Source: Cyanobacteriota bacterium (GTDB taxonomy: Bacteria > Acidobacteriota > Vicinamibacteria > Vicinamibacterales > UBA2999). Taken from it: DNA of 64,000 nucleotides. Below, piece by piece: positions 1-8,978 of the stretch. The position numbers and the translations under genes were made by a program. Under the pieces are notes generated by a model. It ran no database searches. It was not told where the DNA came from and was given only the letters and a program-made list of their open reading frames with translations. The stretch covers positions 140,205-204,204 of the forward strand of contig JAIEMQ010000015.1 of the NCBI GenBank assembly GCA_019752015.1, read 5' to 3'. The stretch's first letter is position 1. Each line of letters begins with the position of its first letter.

Positions 1-1224
1 CAGCTGCTGACGTGGGAAGGCGACATTCTCCGGCTGAAATTCTGGGCCCGGGCTTTCGAAGTGCTGAAAGAAACTGGAGCCGTGTTCCTGCAGAGTGAAG
101 GAAAGCACGCGGGCTGTTGGGTCATGAAAATTGACGACCCCGACGCTGCTCCCGCCGAGGACGGTGAAGAGGATCCGGAAGCGCGAGAAAAAGTCATCGT
201 GCGCTCCAACGGCACCGTGGTCTACGTCGGGAAGGACATGGCCTATCAGTTCTGGAAATCGGGACTGCTCGGCCGCGACTTTCTGTATCGCAAGTTCGCG
301 ACGCGCATGGACGGCGACACGCTGTGGGCGACGACGAGCGATCAGTCGCAGGCGGTGGCGGAGCATCCGAAGTTCGGCGACGCGGCGGCGACCTACAACG
401 TGATCGACGTGCGCCAGTCGTATTTACAGAAGCTGCTCAAGCAGGCGCTGTCGGCGATCGGCCATCCGCAGGAAGCCGATCGCCTCAAGCACTTCTCCTA
501 CGAGATGGTGGCGCTGTCGCACGCCACCGCGCAGCAGCTCGGCTTCGCGCCCGATCCGAACTCGGAAGAAGCGAAAAAACCGTTCGTGGAGGTGTCGGGG
601 CGCAAAGGCCTCGGCGTGAAGGCCGACGATCTGATCGATCGCGTGATCGACAAGGCGCTCGCCGAAGTGGATCGCCGGCAGAGCGATCTGCCACCGGACG
701 AGCGGCGCAGGATCGCGGAGCAGATCGGCGCCGCCGCGGTGCGCTACTTCCTGATCAAGTATTCGCGCACGACGGTGATCGCCTTCGACATCGACGAAGC
801 GGTGAGCTTCGTCGGCGAGACCGGACCGTACATCCAGTACGCGGTGGTGCGCGCCAACAAGATCATCGGCAAGCTCCAGGAACGGTTCGGGCTGGACGAG
901 ACCGCGACGCTCGCCGGGCTGCCGGGCTCACCGCCCGATCTCATCAATGAAGATGCCGAGCTGTGGGCGCTGGTGCTGGAAGCGTCGCGGCTCGACGAAA
1001 TCGTGGAGCAGGTGGTGCGCTCGCTCGAATTCGCCGTGCTCGCCAAGTTCGGATTCGGACTGGCGCAGATGTTCAGCGCGTTCTACCAGAACCCGAAACA
1101 GTCGGTTATCAACGAGGATCGGGCCGAGGCGCGCCGCTGGCGCGCGGCGGCGGTGGTGTATTGCCGGCAGCAGCTGACACGCGTGCTCGATCTGATGGGC
1201 GTTGCAGTACCGGCACGAATGTAG
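1..1224 (+). CDS. argS: arginine--tRNA ligase, C-terminal part (5' end lies outside the window)
   Basis: Frame 1 is open from base 1 into listed ORF 61..1224. Anticodon-binding-type helical C-terminus ends ...VPARM, as in ArgS. Confidence 0.85.
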   Translation, partial: QLLTWEGDILRLKFWARAFEVLKETGAVFLQSEGKHAGCWVMKIDDPDAAPAEDGEEDPEAREKVIVRSNGTVVYVGKDMAYQFWKSGLLGRDFLYRKFATRMDGDTLWATTSDQSQAVAEHPKFGDAAATYNVIDVRQSYLQKLLKQALSAIGHPQEADRLKHFSYEMVALSHATAQQLGFAPDPNSEEAKKPFVEVSGRKGLGVKADDLIDRVIDKALAEVDRRQSDLPPDERRRIAEQIGAAAVRYFLIKYSRTTVIAFDIDEAVSFVGETGPYIQYAVVRANKIIGKLQERFGLDETATLAGLPGSPPDLINEDAELWALVLEASRLDEIVEQVVRSLEFAVLAKFGFGLAQMFSAFYQNPKQSVINEDRAEARRWRAAAVVYCRQQLTRVLDLMGVAVPARM

Positions 1225-1238
1225 GACGCTGAGGACAC

Positions 1239-1934
1239 ATGGCGCTGATCGCAATCGGGCAGAACCGCAAGATGGAGGATTACCTCGAGTCCGTACGCCG
1301 GGCCGGCGGTGAGCCTGTTGAAGTGGTGGTTGGCGGCGAGACGCCCGAGCAGATCCTGTCGCGCGTGGACGCGCTGATGCTGACCGGCGGCGGCGACGTC
1401 GACCCGAAGCTGTACGGCGAAGCGCGGCACGACACGTTCCAGGCGGCCGAGACCGGGCGCGACGACTTCGAGATCGCGCTGGCGCGCGCCGCGGTCGCCA
1501 CGGGCATTCCCCTGCTGGCAATCTGCCGCGGCATGCAGGTCCTGAACGTGGCGATGGGCGGGACGCTGGTCCAGGACATTCCGAGCCAGGTCACCGGCGC
1601 GCTCGAACATTCGGTGCCGCAGCCGCGCGCCGGCAACGCCCACGAGGTGTGGGTCTCGAAAGGCTCGAAGATCGCGACGCTGCTGGCCGATCACATGGAA
1701 GACGGCGAGACCTGCCACGTCAACAGCCGGCACCATCAATCGGTGAAACAGGCGGCCAAGGGTTTTGAAGTGACCGCGACCTCGCCCGACGGCGTGATCG
1801 AGGCGATCGAAAAACCTGACGCGCCGTTCTGCGTCGCGGTGCAATGGCATCCGGAGAATTTCTGGCGGACCGGCGAGTTCCGCGAGCTGTTCGAGGGATT
1901 GGTGCAGGCCGCAACTACCGCGAAAAAGCGATGA
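1239..1934 (+). CDS. class-I glutamine amidotransferase, peptidase C26 / gamma-glutamyl-GABA hydrolase family
   Basis: LMLTGGGDVDP, nucleophile elbow LLAICRGMQVLN, SRHHQ and QWHPE motifs. Confidence 0.8.
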   Translation: MALIAIGQNRKMEDYLESVRRAGGEPVEVVVGGETPEQILSRVDALMLTGGGDVDPKLYGEARHDTFQAAETGRDDFEIALARAAVATGIPLLAICRGMQVLNVAMGGTLVQDIPSQVTGALEHSVPQPRAGNAHEVWVSKGSKIATLLADHMEDGETCHVNSRHHQSVKQAAKGFEVTATSPDGVIEAIEKPDAPFCVAVQWHPENFWRTGEFRELFEGLVQAATTAKKR

Positions 1935-3195
1935 CGGTCTCGACGTGCGCGGTGTGCGGAAAGAGATCGAACGCGCGCATCGACGACAGGCGATAGCCCG
2001 CATCCAGCAAGACCCGCGCATCGCGCGCCAGCGTGGCGACATCACACGACACATAGACGAATCGCGGCGCCTCGACGGCAATCGCGCGCTCGAGCGCGTC
2101 CTTGGACATGCCGGTGCGCGGCGGATCCACGATCACCGTCGCGATCGGCTGGGCCGAACCGGTGCTGAACTCCTCCACTGGAATCTGCAGGACCGTGATT
2201 CGACCGGCAGCGTTGCGCTTCAGATCGCGCGCCGCGAACCGATCGCCTTCAACCGCGGCGATCGGGCCGGCGCCGGCGGTGGCCGCGGTCAGGCTGAATA
2301 TGCCGACACCGGCGTAGAGATCGACCAGCGGGCCGGTCGAGACGTGACTGAGGACGTGATCGACGAACGGCGCGAGCAGATAACGGTTGCCCTGGAAGAA
2401 CGAGCGGACGTGACGGCTCAGCGTCACGCCGCGAATCGTGTCCGAGACGATCGTCGATCCGAACAGCTCCATGGTCCTGGGGTTTTCCGCGTGCGCGCAC
2501 GACGCGCCGCCGACGCCGTCGACGTACGCCAGCGCCGCCAGCCCCGACGGATCGGCATCGGGCAATAACTCGAAATGGATGGCGCGCTCCGAGGCGTCGA
2601 CGTTCTCGGCGATCTCGATGTCGCCGACCACCGGCCGTGCCGTCTTCGCGAGCGATGCTTCGAGGCGCCGGATCACAGCGATCGTGTCGTCGCGCAGCTG
2701 CCGCGTTGACGCAGCGTCGCAAATCGAGTGCGTCCCTTCGCGGAAGAAGCCGATCCGGCCGTTCCGCACGTGGAGCCGCGCGCGCATGCGATAGCCGTCC
2801 ACGCCGGACGCCACCACTTCGACCGGCGACTCGAGCGTGATCCGCCCGATGCGCCGGAACGCATCCTCGATGATTGCGCTTTTAATCTGGCGCTGCCGAT
2901 CGTAGGCAATGTGCGCGAAGACCGATCCGCCGCACGCGCCTTCCGGCGCATCGACGCGATCGGCCGAGCGCTCGACGATCTGCTTCGTCGCGGCCCACAC
3001 CGTGGCGCGCTGCACCTTCTCGACTTCGGCCTCGATGACTTCGCCCGGAATCGCGCCCGACACGAATACGATCGCGCCTTCATGCCGCGCGATCATGCGG
3101 CCGCCGGCGGCCGGCCGCTCGATCGTCAGTCGATAACGTTCGCCGCGCTTCACGGGAACTCTGGCAGGCCAAAGTGCCGGCGCACGACGAGCCAT
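1915..3195 (-). CDS. SAM-dependent RNA (uracil-5)-methyltransferase, TrmA/RlmD family
   Basis: VDLYAGVGIFSL, VIVDPPRTG, YVSCDVATLARD, FDLFPHTAHVE. The start is uncertain because the ORF overlaps the upstream ORF end by 46 nt. Confidence 0.85.
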   Translation of the reverse strand: MARRAPALWPARVPVKRGERYRLTIERPAAGGRMIARHEGAIVFVSGAIPGEVIEAEVEKVQRATVWAATKQIVERSADRVDAPEGACGGSVFAHIAYDRQRQIKSAIIEDAFRRIGRITLESPVEVVASGVDGYRMRARLHVRNGRIGFFREGTHSICDAASTRQLRDDTIAVIRRLEASLAKTARPVVGDIEIAENVDASERAIHFELLPDADPSGLAALAYVDGVGGASCAHAENPRTMELFGSTIVSDTIRGVTLSRHVRSFFQGNRYLLAPFVDHVLSHVSTGPLVDLYAGVGIFSLTAATAGAGPIAAVEGDRFAARDLKRNAAGRITVLQIPVEEFSTGSAQPIATVIVDPPRTGMSKDALERAIAVEAPRFVYVSCDVATLARDARVLLDAGYRLSSMRAFDLFPHTAHVETVIAFSR

Positions 3196-3926
3196 TGGGC
3201 CTGACGAAGCGCCTGCTGGTACGCCTGCTCGGGCATGCGGCCACGGAATGGCTCGAGCTCGGCATCGGCCTCGCGGTTGAGCGCGGCCCGCTCGGCAGCC
3301 TCGAGCGCTTCGAACGTCGCGACCATCAGCGCCGCTTCAATCTCCGAGGTTCGCAGCAGCAGCTGATCGCGCGCGTGCCCCCGGGCGCTCGCCGCTTCAG
3401 GACGCAGCGCATCAAGGGCGCGCACCGCCGCGTCGAGCGCGGCGCCCAGTTTTGGGCCCGCCTTGTCGCTGCCGCGCAGCACCGTCAACCGCGCCAGCGC
3501 GCTTTCGATTTGCGCGCCGAGCGACCGCCGCCCGCGCGTGGCCGGCTGCGGATCTTCGACATCGGGCCCGCCTGCCGCATCCGGCGCAATGTTCGTCACG
3601 CCAACGGCGCGGCGCCAATCGTCGAAGGCATCGAGCACGTCGGCCTCGCAGAATTCAATGCGGACCGGGCGACGACGCGGACCCTTGCGGTAGTAGCGCT
3701 CGAAATAGCGATCGATGCCGGCCTCAGCGACTTTCAGCGGCACGCCCTGGATCGCCCAGCCTTGCACCTGCTCGAAGGCCGGCCCGGTGATGCGGATCAA
3801 ATGGCCGTCGTTTTTCTTGCTGAGATACGCCTCGAGATTGCGGGCGTACGATTCGACATCGATCACTGTTTGGATGACTGCCTTGAATCGGTGGATCGTG
3901 AATCGGTGGCTTGGCGTTCCCACCAA
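3150..3926 (-). CDS. hypothetical protein
   Basis: 258-aa ORF in the same-strand gene chain between coaX and the methyltransferase. No motif recognised. The start is uncertain (overlaps the coaX 3' end). Confidence 0.5.
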   Translation of the reverse strand: MVGTPSHRFTIHRFKAVIQTVIDVESYARNLEAYLSKKNDGHLIRITGPAFEQVQGWAIQGVPLKVAEAGIDRYFERYYRKGPRRRPVRIEFCEADVLDAFDDWRRAVGVTNIAPDAAGGPDVEDPQPATRGRRSLGAQIESALARLTVLRGSDKAGPKLGAALDAAVRALDALRPEAASARGHARDQLLLRTSEIEAALMVATFEALEAAERAALNREADAELEPFRGRMPEQAYQQALRQAQWLVVRRHFGLPEFP

Positions 3927-4678
3927 AGCCGCAGACCGCGCAGCGTCAATTCAGGATCGACGTGATCGACGGTCTTCGACTCGGGCGCGACGATCGACGC
4001 GAGCCCGCCGGTGGCGACGACGATCGCCGCGCCGCCAAGCTCGGACTTGATGCGCTTGACCAGGCCCTCGACCATGTCCACGTAGCCCCAGAACAACCCG
4101 GCCTGCATCGCGCCAATCGTGTTGGTGCCGATCACGCGCGGCGGCTTGCGCACGTCGATGCGCGGCAGCTTCGCCGTGCGCTGCACCAGCGCATCCGCGG
4201 AGACCTGCGGGCCCGGGCAGATCACCCCGCCAAGATATTCACCCTTGGCCGACACCGCGTCGAAGGTCGTCGCCGTTCCGAAATCGATGACGATGATCGG
4301 CAGGCCCTGTTGTCCGTAGGTGGCAAACGCCGCGATGCTGTTGACGACGCGATCGGCGCCGACTTCAGCGGGGTTGTCGATCAGGATGGGAATGCCGCCG
4401 TTCACCGCCGGCTCGAACAGCAGCGGCACGCGTCCGAAATACTGCGTCACCATCGAGATCAGCGTGCCGGTCAGCGGCGGCACGACCGACGCGATCACGA
4501 TGCCCGAGATCTCGCTCTGGCGGACTTCATGCCGATCGCACAGATCCGACACCAGGATGCCGAGTTCGTCGGCGGTGCGCTCGCGGATCGTCGTCAGCCG
4601 CCAGCTGTGCACCAGCGTCTCGCCGCGAAACACGCCGATCACGATGTGGGTGTTGCCAACGTCAATTGCGAGCAGCAT
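3863..4678 (-). CDS. coaX: type III pantothenate kinase
   Basis: MLLAIDVGNTHIVIGVF N-terminus and DFGTATTFD, GGLA motifs. Confidence 0.9.
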   Translation of the reverse strand: MLLAIDVGNTHIVIGVFRGETLVHSWRLTTIRERTADELGILVSDLCDRHEVRQSEISGIVIASVVPPLTGTLISMVTQYFGRVPLLFEPAVNGGIPILIDNPAEVGADRVVNSIAAFATYGQQGLPIIVIDFGTATTFDAVSAKGEYLGGVICPGPQVSADALVQRTAKLPRIDVRKPPRVIGTNTIGAMQAGLFWGYVDMVEGLVKRIKSELGGAAIVVATGGLASIVAPESKTVDHVDPELTLRGLRLWWERQATDSRSTDSRQSSKQ

Positions 4679-5410
4679 CTAGAGCATCCATCGCAGTTCG
4701 CCGGCACTGATTCGTTCCACGCCGGCGCTGGTCTTCACGAGTAACGCACCACCGTCGTCGATCCCCGCGGTGGTACCGTGTTTCCCGTCCCACTCAACAT
4801 GCGTGCCGCTCGCGTTCGGCGAGGCCGCGCGCCACGCCTGCAGGATATCACCGGGCTTCTGCTCCAGCGCCGCGAGTCGATTCCATAACGAAATCAGAAC
4901 GTCGCCGAACAGTTGCTCGCGATCGATCGGCCGGCCCAGCTCGCCTTCGATCGACGTCGCGCGCGCCGCCACATCCGGTGAGTACGCCGCCGGTTGCAGG
5001 TTCACGCCGACGCCGATGATGACGGAAGGCGCCGGCGATCCGATGCCGACACCTTCGGCGAGAATCCCTGCCAGCTTGCGCTTGCCGACGATCACGTCGT
5101 TCGGCCACTTCAAATCGGCCGTGAGGCCGGTGCTGCGGTGAATGGCCTCGCGAACCGCGACGCCCGCAGCAAGCGTTACCAGCGCAATCGCCGAAGCGTT
5201 ACGCGGACGAGCCACGAACGACAGATAGAGTCCCGCACCGGCCGGCGATTGCCAGATCGCGCCGCGCCGGCCACGTCCGGCCGTTTGTTCCTCTGCAACA
5301 ATCACCACGCCGTGCCGCGCACCGTCATGGGCCAGAGCCGACGCCGCATCCATGGTGGATGGCAGCGACCCATGCCGGCGCACATCGAACCGCGCGTCAG
5401 GCAGCATCAC
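4679..5410 (-). CDS. birA: biotin--[acetyl-CoA-carboxylase] ligase
   Basis: GRGRRGAIWQSPAGAGLYLS and KWPNDV motifs. No N-terminal HTH is apparent. Confidence 0.88.
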   Translation of the reverse strand: MMLPDARFDVRRHGSLPSTMDAASALAHDGARHGVVIVAEEQTAGRGRRGAIWQSPAGAGLYLSFVARPRNASAIALVTLAAGVAVREAIHRSTGLTADLKWPNDVIVGKRKLAGILAEGVGIGSPAPSVIIGVGVNLQPAAYSPDVAARATSIEGELGRPIDREQLFGDVLISLWNRLAALEQKPGDILQAWRAASPNASGTHVEWDGKHGTTAGIDDGGALLVKTSAGVERISAGELRWML

Positions 5411-6249
5411 TCCGGCTCGAGCTCGAAGCTGAGGTCCGCCGCGGGCGCCGAGTGCGTGAGCGCGCCAATCGAGACGTATTGCGCGCCCGTTGTCGCGAGC
5501 TCGGGAATGCGCTGCAGCGTGACGCCACCCGAGATCTCGATCGCGGCGCGGCCGTTGACGCGTTTCACCGCCTCGCGGATGTCGTAGGTCGTGAAGTTAT
5601 CCAGCAGGATTCTCGGCACGCCGGTCTTCAGCACTTCGTCGAGCTCCTGCAGGTTTTCGACTTCGACGACGACCGGCAGGCCGCTGCTCTCTTTCAGCGC
5701 CCGACTCGCCGCCGCGCCGACGCCACCGGCCAGGCGCTTGTGGTTGTCCTTGATCAAAATGCCGTCATCAAGGCGCAGCCGATGATTGGTCCCGCCGCCG
5801 CAGCGCACCGCGTATTTTTCGAGCGCGCGAAAGCCCGGCGTGGTCTTGCGGGTATCGAGAATGGTGATGCCGCCGCGCGCGGCGTCGACGAACTTCGCGG
5901 TCAGCGTGGCGATGCCGCACAGCCGCTGCAGGAAATTGAGCGCGGTTCGTTCTGCTTCGAGCAGCGCATGCGCGTCGCCGAACACGCTGGCGACGACCTC
6001 GCCCGGTTGGACGCGCGAGCCGTCGCCCCACTTCACCTCGAACACCGCTTTCGGATCGACCTGGCGGAACGTCTCGGCGGCCACATCAAGGCCGGCCACG
6101 ACGAGATCCGATTTCGCGATGATCGTCCCGCGCGCGCGAATGCCTCGCGCGACCGTCGCCATGCTGGTCGCATCGCCGCGGCCGCGATCTTCGGCCAGCG
6201 CCTGTCGAACGAGGTCGCGATAGTCCTCCGGCGCCAACGGCGACGGCAT
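5407..6249 (-). CDS. nadC: nicotinate-nucleotide diphosphorylase (carboxylating)
   Basis: QPRTase-like sequence (TRKTTPGFR, LDNF). ATG at 6249 was chosen because the longer ORF to 6318 would overlap the valS 3' end. Confidence 0.9.
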   Translation of the reverse strand: MPSPLAPEDYRDLVRQALAEDRGRGDATSMATVARGIRARGTIIAKSDLVVAGLDVAAETFRQVDPKAVFEVKWGDGSRVQPGEVVASVFGDAHALLEAERTALNFLQRLCGIATLTAKFVDAARGGITILDTRKTTPGFRALEKYAVRCGGGTNHRLRLDDGILIKDNHKRLAGGVGAAASRALKESSGLPVVVEVENLQELDEVLKTGVPRILLDNFTTYDIREAVKRVNGRAAIEISGGVTLQRIPELATTGAQYVSIGALTHSAPAADLSFELEPE

Positions 6250-6250
6250 G

Positions 6251-8872
6251 TTACGCCTTGTCCACCGTAGACGGGGCGGACTCCGCGGGTTTAAGCGTGA
6301 CTTCGACGGAGGTTTCACCGGCGCGGAGAATCAACGATTCAGATCTCGATGCCGCTTTCAGGTCGCGCTCGATCAGCTTCAGGCATGCGATCGCATCATC
6401 GGGCGCTTGATAGACCACTTCACGCACGGGCGTGCCGACCGACACCTTCTGGTCGGTCTTGCCTTTGCGGATCGCATTCAAGGCCTCGGTCGCGTGAACG
6501 ACGGCATTCGCCGATGCCTGGTCGGTGCCTGACACGCTGATGAGCTCGTCTCGCGTCGGCCACGTCGCGCGGTGGATCGATCCGGCATTGGTCCACGACC
6601 ACACTTCGTCGGTTACGAATACGAGATACGGCGCGAGCAGACGCAACAACACCGACAACGCCAGCCGCATTGCCGTCGATGCCGACGCCGCCGGCCCGGG
6701 ACCGAAGTCGCCGTAACGGCGTGACTTCGCCGCCTCGACGTAGTTGTCGCAGAAGTCCCAGAAGAACGACTCGACCTTGGCGAGCGCCTTTGCGTATTCG
6801 TATCGCTCCAGCTCCGCAGTCGCTTCATCCACGACGAGCGCGAGGTTCTGCAACATGCCGCGATCGAGCGGCTCGGTGACCGGGCCGTCCGGCTGATCCC
6901 CGGCCAGCACGAACTTCGACACGTTCAGGATTTTGATCGCCAGCTTGCGGCCGATTTTCATCTGGCCCGGGTCGAACGCCGTATCGACGCCGGGGCCGCC
7001 GCGCGCGGCCCAGTAGCGCACGCCGTCGGAGCCGTGCTCCTTCAACAGCGCCATCGGCGTCACGACGTTGCCCTTCGACTTCGACATCTTCTTGCGATCG
7101 GGATCGAGGATCCATCCGGAGATCGCCGCGTTGGTCCACGGCACCGAGTTGTTCTCGAAATGCGCGCGCACCACCGATGAGAACAGCCACGTGCGAATGA
7201 TGTCGTGCGCCTGCGGCCGCAGGTCCATCGGGAAGGTCCGCGAGAACACGTCGTCGTCCGACTCCCACTTGGTGACGATTTGCGGCGACACCGACGATGT
7301 GGCCCATGTGTCCATGACGTCCGGATCACCGGCGAAGCCGCCGGGCCTGCCGCGCTGGTCCTCGCGATAGCCGTCGGGCGCCTCGGTGGACGGATCGACC
7401 GGCAGCCGCGATTCATCCGGCACCATCAGGTTGGCGTAGTCAATGCTGCCGTCGGCGCGAATCGGATACCAGACCGGGAACGGCACGCCGAAGAAACGCT
7501 GTCGGCTGATGCACCAGTCGCCATTGAGGCCGTTGACCCAGTTCTCGAATCGCAGCCGCATGTGCTCCGGGTGCCAGCTGATCTCGCGGCCGCGCGCGAT
7601 GAACGCCTCGCGATGGTCCATCGTCTTGATGAACCACTGGCGGCTGGTCACGATCTCGAGCGGACGATCGCCCTTCTCGTAGAACTTCACCGCGTGGGTG
7701 ATCGGTTTCGGATCGCCCTGCAGATCGCCGCTCTCGCGCAGCAGCTCGACGATCTTCGTCTGCGCCTTCTTCGTGGAGAGCCCGGCGAGCTGGTCGTAGG
7801 CGGCCTGCGCCTTCGCGGCGTCCGCGGATTCCCAGCCGGCGGTTCCCCACGTCACCGGACCGAGTGTGCCATTGGTCTGCACGATTGCGCGCACCGGCAG
7901 GCGCAGCTCGCGCCACCACGTCACGTCGGTGGTGTCGCCGAAGGTGCAGATCATCGCGATGCCGCTGCCCTTTTCCGGATCGGCCAGCGCGTGCGCCTTG
8001 ATCGGCACGCGCGCGCCAAACAGCGGCGTGATCACATACGTATCGAATAGATGCTGGTATCGCGCATCATCAGGATGAGCGACCAGCGCGACACACGCCG
8101 GAATCAATTCGGGCCGCGTCGTTTCAATCGCCACCGGCTCCCGGTTCCCGGCTCCCGGCTCCCGGTAAAAATGAATCTTGTGATACGCGCCCGGTTGCTC
8201 ACGGTCTTCAAGCTCTGCCTGCGCGACGGCGGTCTTGAAATCCACATCCCACAACGTCGGCGCTTCAACCTGGTAGGCGAGCTTCTTCGCGAGGTGACGC
8301 AGGAACGTGATCTGCGACACGCGCTGGGCGTCCCTGCCAATCGTCGCGTAGGTCATCGACCAGTCGACCGACAGCCCGAGATAACGCCACAACTCTTCGA
8401 ACGCCTTTTCGTCCTCGATCGTCAGCTTCGTGCACAGCTCGATGAAGTTCGGGCGTGATACGGAGATCGGCTTGTCCGGTTTCTCGCCCCTCGACTCCGC
8501 TCGGGGCGACCCTGAGCCCGTCGAATGGGTCGGCGGCGTGAAGTTCGGGACGTACGGCAGCGACGGATCGCAGCGGACGCCGAAGTAGTTCTGCACGCGG
8601 CGCTCGGTCGGCAGGCCGTTGTCGTCCCATCCCATCGGATAGAACACTTCCTTGCCGCGCATGCGCTGGAAGCGCGCAATGAAATCGGTGTGCGTGAACG
8701 AGAAGACGTGACCGACGTGCAGCGAGCCGCTGACGGTCGGCGGCGGCGTGTCGATCGAGTAGATCTGCTGCCGCGACCTGGTGCGATCGAATCGATAGGT
8801 GCCGTCGCGCTCCCAGCGCGCGGCCAGAGCGTCTTCGAGGCCCTCTAACGCGGGCTTCTCGGGAACAGGCAT
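6251..8872 (-). CDS. valS: valine--tRNA ligase
   Basis: PPPTVSGSLHVGHV (HIGH) and KMSKSKGN motifs, 873 aa. Contains two repeat-derived in-frame insertions (see findings). Confidence 0.95.
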   Translation of the reverse strand: MPVPEKPALEGLEDALAARWERDGTYRFDRTRSRQQIYSIDTPPPTVSGSLHVGHVFSFTHTDFIARFQRMRGKEVFYPMGWDDNGLPTERRVQNYFGVRCDPSLPYVPNFTPPTHSTGSGSPRAESRGEKPDKPISVSRPNFIELCTKLTIEDEKAFEELWRYLGLSVDWSMTYATIGRDAQRVSQITFLRHLAKKLAYQVEAPTLWDVDFKTAVAQAELEDREQPGAYHKIHFYREPGAGNREPVAIETTRPELIPACVALVAHPDDARYQHLFDTYVITPLFGARVPIKAHALADPEKGSGIAMICTFGDTTDVTWWRELRLPVRAIVQTNGTLGPVTWGTAGWESADAAKAQAAYDQLAGLSTKKAQTKIVELLRESGDLQGDPKPITHAVKFYEKGDRPLEIVTSRQWFIKTMDHREAFIARGREISWHPEHMRLRFENWVNGLNGDWCISRQRFFGVPFPVWYPIRADGSIDYANLMVPDESRLPVDPSTEAPDGYREDQRGRPGGFAGDPDVMDTWATSSVSPQIVTKWESDDDVFSRTFPMDLRPQAHDIIRTWLFSSVVRAHFENNSVPWTNAAISGWILDPDRKKMSKSKGNVVTPMALLKEHGSDGVRYWAARGGPGVDTAFDPGQMKIGRKLAIKILNVSKFVLAGDQPDGPVTEPLDRGMLQNLALVVDEATAELERYEYAKALAKVESFFWDFCDNYVEAAKSRRYGDFGPGPAASASTAMRLALSVLLRLLAPYLVFVTDEVWSWTNAGSIHRATWPTRDELISVSGTDQASANAVVHATEALNAIRKGKTDQKVSVGTPVREVVYQAPDDAIACLKLIERDLKAASRSESLILRAGETSVEVTLKPAESAPSTVDKA
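8134..8165. repeat. CCGGYTC heptamer tandem array inside valS
   Basis: ccggctc ccggttc ccggctc ccggctc ccgg read directly. Translates to EPGAGNREP on the minus strand. Confidence 0.9.
8486..8528. repeat. 42-nt REP-like imperfect palindrome inside valS
   Basis: cccctcgactccgctcggggcgaccctgagcccgtcgaatggg. Near-identical copy at 38666..38707 and a half copy at 30476..30495. Confidence 0.85.
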
Positions 8873-8883
8873 CCCTTTATTAT

Positions 8884-8978
8884 GGAAGGCAAAAGGCAGA
8901 AGGCAAACGGCAAAAGCACTTCCACCCTTCCCTTCTGCCTTTCGCCTTCTGCCTTTCGCCTTATGCCTTGTGCCTTTG
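8884..8978. repeat. long imperfect palindrome built from GGCARAAG-type short units, overlapping the stop codon of 8961..11519
   Basis: Left arm ggaaggcaaaaggcagaaggcaaacggcaaaagcac. Right arm ccttctgcctttcgccttctgcctttcgcc is its approximate reverse complement. Confidence 0.8.
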
